DNA of 64,000 nucleotides from Dendrobates tinctorius (taxonomy: Eukaryota): NCBI RefSeq assembly GCF_039654945.1, contig NW_027361810.1:186001-250000 (forward strand), in the 5' to 3' direction. Shown piece after piece: positions 13,085-23,300 of the stretch. Below the pieces are notes generated by a model. That model was not told where the DNA came from and did not search any database. It was given only the letters and a program-made list of their open reading frames with translations. A program made the translations under genes and the position numbers. The first letter of the stretch is position 1. Each line of letters opens with the position of its first letter.

Positions 13085-13483
13085 CTGTGTGTGAGGAGCC
13101 TCCGGTGAGTCTGTGGAGCCAGCGCCTCCAGTGTGTGTGGGGCGAGCCTCCGGTGTGTGTGTGTGGGCAGCCTCCTTGTGTGGGGGGGGGGAGCCTCCAG
13201 CACGTGAGGGGGGGGGGGGGAAGCCTCCAGCGCGTGTGTATGTGGGTGGGGGGGGAAGCCTCTGGTATGTGGTGGGCAGCGCCTCCGGTGTGTGTGTGGA
13301 GCATGTGTGGGGGGGCAAGCCTCCAGCGTGTGTGTTGGGGGGGGAAGCGCCTCCGGTGTGTGTGTGTGGAGCATGTGTGGGGGGGGGGGTGGAAGCCTCC
13401 AGCGTGTGTGTTGGGGGGGGAAGCGCCTCCGGTGTGTGTGTGTGGAGCATGTGTGGGGGGGGGGGTGGAAGCCTCCAGCATGC

Positions 13484-13532
<49 letters not shown>

Positions 13533-13680
13533 GGGGGGAAAGCCTCCGGTGTGTGTTGGGAGCGTGTGTGTGTGCAGCCTCCTTGTGTTTGGAGCCTCTG
13601 GTGTGTGTGTGTGGGTGAGGAAGCCGTGTGTGTGTGTGTGTGTGAGAGGGAGCCTCCAGTGTGTGTGGGTGGGGGGAGCC
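13085..13680. repeat. GT/G-rich compound repeat including a (GT)n microsatellite
   Basis: gcctcc(a/g)g(tg)n(g)n units; pure GT run about 13486-13530. Confidence 0.9.
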
Positions 13681-14350
13681 GCCGCCGCCCTCCATCCTGT
13701 CCACACCACAGACCCCCGGACCGCCCGTACATGACATTACTAAGCCACATGATTCCGGACCACCCAGGTCCTCAGTCCGGTATGGGGGTCCTAATGGAGA
13801 CAGTCTGAGACCCCGTGGCCGCGAGGCTCTTCTGTGGAGACGTCGGGGGTCCGGCGAGGTCTCCTCTCCGCTGTGTCCTGGTGACTTACGGGGGTCTTGG
13901 CCGTCAGCCCTGGCAGGCGGACCCGTGATGTTCCGCGTCGATCTCTCGTCACGTCTTCTGCTGGGGCGTCACTCTCAGTAATGCCCTCACCCGCGGGGCC
14001 CTCACTATACGGACACATACAACAGGGACAGAGATAAAGAAATAGTCCTAGACTTTATCACAGCGCCTCACAAACCTCCCAGGACCGGGCCCCTGCGGAG
14101 CGGCAGTGAGTGTTGGAGCCATCGCCTTCCCGAACACTAACCTGAGGTAAAAACAACTGAAACTACAACAGAGATGACGGAACTAACACTTCCGGTCACG
14201 TGGGCGGCACAGGCTTCCCGCCTCTGAGCGCCGCTGCACGGAGCTTCCGGTTGTCGTTAGTTTCCAAGGCGACACTTCCGGCGCGGCAAGAACGAGAAAC
14301 TGAAGCTGTCACATTGTCCGAGGATGGCGAGAGCTGGAGGCCGAGCCGGG
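13680..14350. promoter_or_regulatory. CpG-rich promoter of CCDC14, probably bidirectional
   Basis: CpG-dense; three ETS/GABP-type CTTCCGG sites (about 14189, 14244, 14275), the first abutting an E-box GGTCACGTG (CACGTG 14197-14202); directly upstream of the CCDC14 ATG. Confidence 0.75.
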
Positions 14351-14353
14351 AAG
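14324..14353 (+). CDS. CCDC14: CCDC14 coding exon 1 ([10 protein letters not shown])
   Basis: AGGATGG Kozak context; donor AAG|GTGAGG; phase 0 into exon 2. Confidence 0.8.
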
Positions 14354-17300
14354 GTGAGGACCGGGGAGCGGAGGAGAGACGGGAGGAGGACCGGGGAGCG
14401 GAGAAGAGACGGGAGGGCGAGGAAAGACGGCAGGGAGCAGAGGACCGGGGAGCGGAGGAGAGACGGGAGGAGGACCGGGGAGCGGAGGAGAGACGGGAGG
14501 GCGAGGACCGGGGAGCGGAGGAGAGACGGGAGGGCGAGGACCGGGGAGCGGAGGAGAGACGGGAGGGCGAGGACCGGGGAGCGGAGGAGAGACGGGAGGG
14601 CGAGGACCGGGGAGCGGAGGAGAGACGGGAGGGCGAGGACCGGGGAGCGGAGGAGAGACGGGAGGGTGAGGACCGGGGAGCGGAGGAGAGACGGGAGGGT
14701 GAGGAGCGGAGGAGAGACGGGAGGGTGAGGACCGGGGAGCGGAGGAGAGACGGGAGGACCGGGGAGCGGAGGAGAGACGGGAGGACCGGGGAGCGGAGGA
14801 GAGACGGGAGGACCGGGGAGCGGAGGAGAGACGGGAGGACCGGGGAGCGGAGGAGAGACGGGAGGACCGGGGAGCGGAGGAGAGACGGGAGGGGGAGGAC
14901 CGGGGAGCGGAGGAGAGACGGGAGGGCGAGGACCGGGGAGCGGAGGAGAGACGGGAGGGCGAGGACCGGGGAGCGGAGGAGAGACGGGAGGACCGGGGAG
15001 CGGAGGAAAGACGGGAGGGTGAGGACCGGGGAGCGGAGGAGAGACGGGAGGGTGAGGACCGGGGATCGGAGGAGAGACGGGAGGGTGAGGACCGGGGAGC
15101 GGAGGAGAGACGGGAGGGTGGGGACCGGGGAGCGGAGGGAGCAGAGGGACCGGGGAGCGGAGGAGAGACGGGAGGGGGAGGACCGGGGAGGGGAGGACCG
15201 GGGAGCGGAGGAAAGACGGGAGGGGGAGGACCGGGGAGCGGAGGAAAGACGGGAGGGCGAGGACCGGGGAGCGGAGGAGAGACGGGAGGGGGAGGACCGG
15301 ATGAGAGACGGGAGGGCGAGGAAAGACGGGAGGGAGCAGAGGACCGGGGAGCGGAGGAGAGACGGGAGAGGGAGGACCGGGGAGCGGAGGAGAGACGGGA
15401 GGGTGAGGACCGGGGAGCGGAGGAGAGACGGGAGGACCGGGGAGCGGAGGAGAGACGGGAGGGGGAGGACCGGGGAGCGGAGGAGAGACGGGAGGGCGAG
15501 GTCCGGGGAGCGGAGGAGAGACGGGAGGACCGGGGAGCGGAGGAGAGACGGGAGGACCGGGGAGCGGAGGAAAGACGGGAGGATGAGGACCGGGGAGCGG
15601 AGGAGAGACGGGAGGGTGGGGAGCGGAGGAGAGACGGGAGGGTGAGGACCGGGGAGCGGAGGAGAGACGGGAGGGTGAGGATCGGGGAGCGGAGGAGAGA
15701 CGGGAGGGTGGGGACCGGGGAGCGGAGGAGAGACGGGAGGGAGCAGAGGAGAGACGGGAGAGGGAGGACCGGGGAGCGGAGGAGAGACGGGAGGGTGAGG
15801 ACCGGGGAGCGGAGGATAGACGGGAGGACCGGGGAGCGGAGGAGAGACGGGAGGACCGGGGAGCGGAGGAGAGACGGGAGGACCGGGGAGCAGAGGAGAG
15901 ACTGGAGGGGGAGGACCGGGGAGCGGAGGAGAGACTGGAGGGGGAGGACCGGGGAGCGGAGGAGAGACGGGAGGGGGAGGACCGGGGAGCGGAGGAGAGA
16001 CGGGAGGGGGAGGACCAGGGAGCGGAGGAGAGACGGGAGGACCGGGGAGCGGAGGAAAGACGGGAGGGTGAGGACGGGGGAGCGGAGGAGAGACGGGAGG
16101 GTGAGGACGGGGGAGCGAAGGAGAGACGGGAGGGTGAGGACCGGGGAGCGGAGGAGAGACGGGAGGGTGAGGACCGGGGAGCGGAGGAGAGACGGGAGGG
16201 TGAGGACCGGGGAGCGGAGGAGAGACGGGAGGGTGGGGACCGGGGAGCGGAGGAGAGACGGGAGGGAGCAGAGGAGAGACGGGAGAGGGAGGACCGGGGA
16301 GTGGAGGAGAGACGGGAGGGTGAGGACCGGGGAGCGGAGGATAGACGGGAGGGTGGGGAGCGGAGGAGAGACGGGAGGACCGGGGAGCGGAGGAGAGACG
16401 GGAGGACCGGGGAGCGGAGGAGAGACTGGAGGGGGAGGACCGGGGAGCGGAGGAGAGACGGGAGGGGGAGGACCGGGGAGCGGAGGAGAGACGGGAGGGG
16501 GAGGACCAGGGAGCGGAGGAGAGACGGGAGGACCGGGGAGCGGAGGAAAGACGGGAGGGGGAGGACCGGGGAGCGGAGGAGAGACGGGAGGGGGAGGACC
16601 AGGGAGCGGAGGAGAGACGGGAGGACCGGGGAGCGGAGGAAAGACGGGAGGGTGAGGACCGGGGAGCGGAGGAGAGACGGGAGGGTGAGGACGGGGGAGC
16701 GGAGGAGAGACGGGAGGGTGGCCACCGGGGAGCGGAGGAGAGACGGGAGGGAGCAGAGGAGAGACGGGAGAGGGAGGACCGGGGAGCGGAGGAGAGACGG
16801 GAGGGTGAGGACCGGGGAGCGGAGGAGAGACGGGAGGGTGGGGATCGGGGAGCGGAGGAGAGACGGGAGGACCGGGGAGCGGAGGAGAGATGGGAGGGAG
16901 CAGAGGATAGACGGGAGGGGGAGGAAAGACGGGAGGGGGAGGACCGGGGAGCGGAGGAAAGACGGGAGGGGGAGGACCGGGGAGCGGAGGAAAGACGGGA
17001 GGGCGAGGAAAGACGGGAGGGCGAGGAAAGACGGGAGGGAGCAGAGGACCGGGGAGCGGAGGAGAGACGGGAGGGTGGGGAGCGGAGGAGAGACGGGAGG
17101 GTGGGGACCGGGGAGCGGAGGAGAGACGGGAGGGTGGGGACCGGGGAGCGGAGGAGAGACGGGAGGGAGCAGAGGAGAGACGGGAGGGAGCAGAGGAGAG
17201 ACGGGAGGGAGCAGAGGAGAGACGGGAGGGGGAGGAAAGACGGGAGGGCGAGGACTGGGGAGCGGAGGAAAGACGGGAGGGGGAGGACCGGGGAGCGGAG

Positions 17301-20300
17301 GAAAGACGGGAGGGGGAGGACCGGGGAGCGGAGGAGAGACGGGAGGGAGCAGAGGAACGGGGAGCGGAGGAGAGACGGGAGGGGGAGGACCAGGGAGCGA
17401 AAGAGAGACGGGAGGACCGGGGAGCGGAGGAGAGACGGGAGGGCGAGGAAAGACGGGAGGGCGAGGACCGGGGAGCGGAGGAAAGACGGGAGGGCGAGGA
17501 CCGGGGAGCGGAGGAAAGACGGGAGGGGGAGGACCGGGGAGCGGAGGAAAGACGGGAGGGGGAGGACCGGGGAGCGGAGGAGAGACGGGAGGGGGAGGAC
17601 CAGGGAGCGAAAGAGAGACGGGAGGACCGGGGAGCGGAGGAGAGACGGGAGGGGGAGGAAAGAAGGGAGGGCGAGGACCGGGGAGCGGAGGAAAGACGGG
17701 AGGGGGAGGACCGGGGAGCGGAGGAGAGACGGGAGGGCGAGGACCGGGGAGGGGAGGCGGAGGATCGGGGAGCGGAGCGGAGGAGAGACGGGAGGGGGAG
17801 GGCCGGGGAGCGGAGGAGAGACTGGAGGGGGAGGGCCGGGGAGCGGAGGAGAGACTGGAGGGGGAGGACCAGGGAGCGGAGGAGAGACGGGAGGGAGAGG
17901 ACCAGGGAGCGGAGGAGAGACGGGAGTGGGAGCAGAGGAGAGGCAGGAGGGGGAGGACCGGGGAGGGTAAGGATTGGGGAGCGGAGGAGAGACGGGAGGG
18001 CGGGGAGCGGAGGAGAGACGGGAGGGCGGAGAGCGGAGGAGAGACGGGAGGACCATGCTCACATTTGCCATCAACGTTTTTGCTCCACTAATCTTCACTC
18101 TCCTTCGCTATCCCCAAACCCCTGCACCCTCAAACCAAATAACTATCTCCCCCTCCCTCTTACCCCCCCACCTCACTTTATCTGCAGACATACTCCTTAA
18201 CCTCAGACCTCTCCTACTGACATACACTACAAAACGATCACTCTCCTTCACCCACCTACTTTCCCTTTCTCTGCTTCTTCTCACTGCTGGTGACATATCC
18301 CCCAATCCTGGCCCCCCCCCCTGCCTCATACATTCCACTAATCCTCACCCCTATCTTTCTCACACTAAGAGAAACTACCGCAATCTCTCACACTTAAAAC
18401 CCGTGCCACTGACCCCCTCCCTCCCGCACCCTCTTTCTGGGGCACTTTGGAATGCTCACTCCATCTGCAACAAGCTCCACGTGATCCACGACCTCTTTAC
18501 CTCCCGCAACCTTTCCTTCCTGGCCCTCATTGAGACCTGGCTGACACCCCCTGACACAGCCTCCTCGGCCGCACTGAGTTATGGTGGCCTCCACTTTACC
18601 CACACTCCTCACCCTGGCAACAGACATGGCGGAGGAGTGGGCTTCCTCCTTTCTAAAAACTGCTCCTTCAACCCTATCCACCCCCCACCCTCCCTTATCC
18701 TCCCTTCTTTCGAGGTTCACTCTGTCCGTATCTACTCTCCCTCTAATCTCCAAATAGCTGTCATATACCGACCACTGGGCTCAGCCACTACCTTCATTGA
18801 CCAATTTTCCACCTGGCTCCTCCACTTTCTCTCTGCTGACATCCCCACCATCATCATGGGGGACTTCAACATCCCCATTGACACCCACCAACCTCCAAAC
18901 TCCTGTCACTTACCTCATCCTTTGGACTTACTCAGTGGTCCTCCACAGCCACCCACACAGATGGACATACATTAGACCTCATCTTCACCCGCCTCTGTTC
19001 CCTATCTAATCTCACAACCTCTCCCTTCTCCCATCTGACCACCATCTACTCACCTTCTCATCCTTGTCCTTCTCACCTGCCCCCCATGTCCAGCCACTAG
19101 CACATCCTTGCAGAAACCCTGCACACCTAGACATTCACAGACTCTCTTCTACCTCTGTCCTCCATATCTTCAGTCCACAACACGGACAGTGCCACCGCTT
19201 TCTACAACGCCACCCTCACATCAGCCATAGACTCAGTCGCTCCTCTCATGCATGGCAAAGTGCGACAAACCAATAGGCAACCCTGGCACAACAACCTTAC
19301 CAAAAAACTTCGACAAGCATCCAGGGTCGCAGAGCGGCGTTGGAAGAAAACACGCCTGCCAGACGGCTTCACTGCTTTCAAACAAGCTACACTTGCCTTT
19401 AAATCAGCCCTCATCTCTGCTAAACAGACCTATAAAACAACTGTTCAGCACATTCAACTCTCTCGTCCGCCCACCACTGCCACCTCCAACTCCCCTCATC
19501 TCTGCTGAGGACTTTGCCACCTACTTCAAAAACAAGATTGACTAAACAAGGCAAACCTTTACAGTTCCACCCCAACCGCTCCACATACCAGACCTCTGCC
19601 CTTCCCTAATAACCTCCCTCTCCAGCATCACTGAAGGAGAGCTTACTCATCTCCTTTCCAAATCACGATGCACTTGACCCCATCCCTTCCCACCTGCTCC
19701 CCAACCTCACTAACATGCTCATTTCAGCCCTAACACCTCTGTACCAGTTTGTCATTGTAAATTTGTTGTGGAAACTTGTTTACTGTTAACGATATCTATA
19801 ACTTTGTATGTAACCCCTTCTCATGTACAGCACCATGGAATTAATGGCGCTATATAAATAAATAATAATAATACGCTCTGGAGGCGGAGACTTAGGGTGA
19901 TCTATGCACCGCCCATAGTTTCTAACAGCTCATTTACCTATAACAAAAGGTGTATTTCTCCAAGACAGTGGATGCAGGTATCATGGTGTCATGTTATTCA
20001 GCTTCCTCTGACCTGCGGCCCATATAGACTGCTCAGGAGAACAATCACTGACACATTCCCTTTAACGTTTGAAATCTTGTTTCAGGCTCTCTCTTCTGGA
20101 CGTCTGCCACTGCGACCCGTAACCTGTAAGAAGGGGTGAGTGGAGTGTCCTCGGGCGCAGGCTCGGGCCTCATTCTGCTGCACGTCTCTTCCTGTCAAGG
20201 GGGTTCTGGGGTGCAGACTCGGGGTGCAACCTCGGGCCCCACTCTGCTGCACACATCTCTTCTTGTCCAGAGGGTTCTTGGGCCTCGTTCTGCTGCACAC

Positions 20301-23300
20301 CTCTTTTACTGTCCTGGTGGATCTGGGGCGCAGACTCTGACTCCACTCTGCACACTCTGACTCCACTCTGCTGCACACGTCTCTTCTTGTCCGGAGGGTT
20401 CTCGGGCCTCGTTCTGCTGCACACGTCTCTTCTTGACCGAAGGGTTCTTGGGCCTCGTTCTGCTGCACACGTCTCTTCTTGTCCGGAGGGTTCTTGGGCC
20501 TCGTTCTGCTGCACACGTAGCTTCTTGTCCGGAGGGTTCTTGGGCCTCGTTCTGCTGCACACGTATCTTCTTGTCCAGAGGGTTCTTGGGCCTCGTTCTG
20601 CTGCACACGTCTCTTCTTGTCCGGAGGGTTCTCGGGCCTCGTTCTGCTGCACACGTAGCTTCTTGTCCGGAGGGTTCTTGGGCCTCGTTCTGCTGCACAC
20701 GTATCTTCTTGTCCAGAGGGTTCTTGGGCCTCGTTCTGCTGCACACGTCTCTTCTTGTCCGGAGAGTTCTCGGGCCTCGTTCTGCTGCACACGTCTTTTC
20801 TTGTCCGGAGGGTTCTCGGGCCTCGTTCTACTGCACACGTCTCTTGTCCGAAGGGTTCTCGGGCCTCGTTCTGCTGCACAGGTCTTTTACTGTCATGGGG
20901 ATCTGGGGTGCAGGCTCACGCCTCGTTCTTCTGCACAGTCTCTTAACATCCGGGGAGTTCTGGGGCGTAGGCTCGAGCTTCGCTCTGCTGCACATTAATT
21001 TGTTAACGTTATCATTTTGTCTCTAGTTTTAAGGGTGAAGTAAGGAAATTCTCTGCTACATCTGTGGATTCTGGATACTCACTTTGTTCCACTGACTCAG
21101 AAGACCAGGTAGGGACCTTTTGTGCTGGTGAAGTGATGGCACCAGCTGCGGTGGGTGAGGCTGAGAGGGTTGGAACCAGTATCCTGTTCTGATAGAGCAG
21201 TGATGATTGCGAAGTTTCGGGGGGGGGGGACTTACTTTTCTTTACCATGCATGTCCACACCTGCTGACTCCTAGTATGGTGTCTGCCGTCTACAGGGATA
21301 CATTCTATGTGCCTGTGATACTGTAACAGTAGCCATATTGGTTGTCACACGGTGTTCCCAGAGCCAGACATATCAAAGCTGACTAGGGATCGGCTCATAT
21401 ATTCGCAGGACATTGGTGCAGCGTCGGGTCGCTCCTGCTTCTTACTTGTTGGAATCTACCACAATGAGGCCATCGCACCAGGCTGGCTACTTAATGTGGA
21501 GCTTTGGATGGTGGCAGGTAGGAGGTGGTTCTCGGGGAGTAGTGACCAGACTTCTGGACCAGGAACCTGGGAATCGTTTCACTCACCTCTAAAAATGACT
21601 GAATCCATATAGATACAGGAAAGATATATATCTTTGTACCGTGTTAGCCAGTAGATAGAAAAACATTCAGAACTGAGAGTCCTCAGTGGTTGGTACCTTT
21701 TAATGGCGAACTGAAAAGTTAGCCATTAAAAGGTATCAACCACTGAGGACTCTCAGTTGCGAATATTTTGAATCCATATATTCAGGGGACAGAGAGGACA
21801 CTCCAGGGGATTTTCAGGCCGTGGTTTTAGAACTAGATGTGAGGATTGTTGCTAATACTACCATTCTGTTTCAGGTTCTGGTCATTAATCGCGGTCTGGA
21901 CCGTTGTGCCGCTTTGCTACATGACCTGTTAGAGTGTGACGTGAAAGGTACGAGCTCTCGCCAGGCTCTGGGGGGTGACGTGAAAGGTACGAGCTCCCTG
22001 GGCTCTGAGGGGTGAAGTGAAAAATAAGAGTTCTCCCCTGGTTCTGGGGGGTGAAGTGGAATGTGCGATTTCTCCCCTGGTTCTGGGGGGTGAAGTGAAA
22101 GATACGAGTTCTCCCCTGGTTCTGGGGGGTGAAGTGGAAAGTACGGGCTCTCCCCTGGTTCTGGGGGGTGAAGTGAAAGATACGGGCTCTCCCCTGGTTC
22201 TGGGGGGTGAAGTGAAAGATGCGAGTTCTCCCCTGGTTCTGGGGGATGAAGTGAAAGATACGAGTTCTCCCCTGGTTCTGGGGGGGTGAAGTGAAAGATA
22301 CGAGTTCTCCCCTGGTTCTGGGGGGTGAAGTGAAAGGTGCAAATTCTCCCCTGGTTCTGGGAGGTGAAGTGAAAGGTACAGGTCTATCCGGGCTCTGTGA
22401 GTGATGTATCCGCAGCTCTACATTCACTACTTCTGTTTATTCCCATCACGCAGAGAGTCAGCTGAAGTCTCACAAAGGACCTGTCATCAAAGAGAATGTC
22501 AGATCTTCCACCATGAAAACGAAGAAAACTGTGGTGAGAAGGCACGCGACGGCCACACACATCCACAAGGAGAAGGGTGAGTGTCTGACATCGGCAGGGG
22601 TTTAGGGTAAGCTCTAGAGAAGCGTGAACCTAATGTGGGATCATCAGTGGATGATCCTTATGCAGCCTAATGATGAGTGTCAGCTCTGTGGCTATGCTTG
22701 TCCGAGGTATCGGGAATTCTGATACCTTTTTTCATTGTTCTCTTTTTTTAGGAAGCTTCAGAAGGACTGTGGCCCCTGGGCTATGTAGTGCTGAGGCACA
22801 GAGACCCCGTGTGACTTCTCCTCCTTTGATTGTGCCTTCCCATAATTTGGACCATGTAACTACACAGATGCAGCGCTTAAACAGTGTGTCCTCTCCGGTG
22901 ACCTGCACTGCTTCGTCTGCTCCAGGTAGTTCCCAGCTGACACATGAGGTGGATATTCTGCTTCTACTACTTCTCGGTCTCCTCTTGTACCTTTCCCAGG
23001 TCCTGAGGCTTCTGCTCGGTACAACTGTCGGCTGCCTACCTCTACACCAACCCCACAACATCCTGCAAATCTCTGGGTAGGTGACATTTCATATTCTTGC
23101 TTCCTTATTTTTTGCCACAGGATTCTGAATCACTTTATGTGATTGAACGTTGAAGTGTCTGACCATTATCCTTGTCTTATAGAGCTCCAGTGATGCCGAT
23201 TTCCACCAGACCGTGCCACCAGGGGGCATCACTCACTTTCCGTCCTCCATACCTGCATCCTCAGCTTTCGCCTTGCCCAGCAATATACAAGCACCAGCAC

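Noticed and set aside
14196-18098. 1300-aa and other long Pro/Ser/Arg/Gly-rich ORFs on both strands
   Set aside because: Stop-free read-through of the intron 1 minisatellite; open in many frames; no protein features.
22926-22999. Continuous ORF 22670-23080 suggesting exons 6 and 7 are one exon
   Set aside because: Read-through puts the conserved NCRLPTSTP block out of frame and ends at a stop; a 74-nt GT-AG intron restores it.
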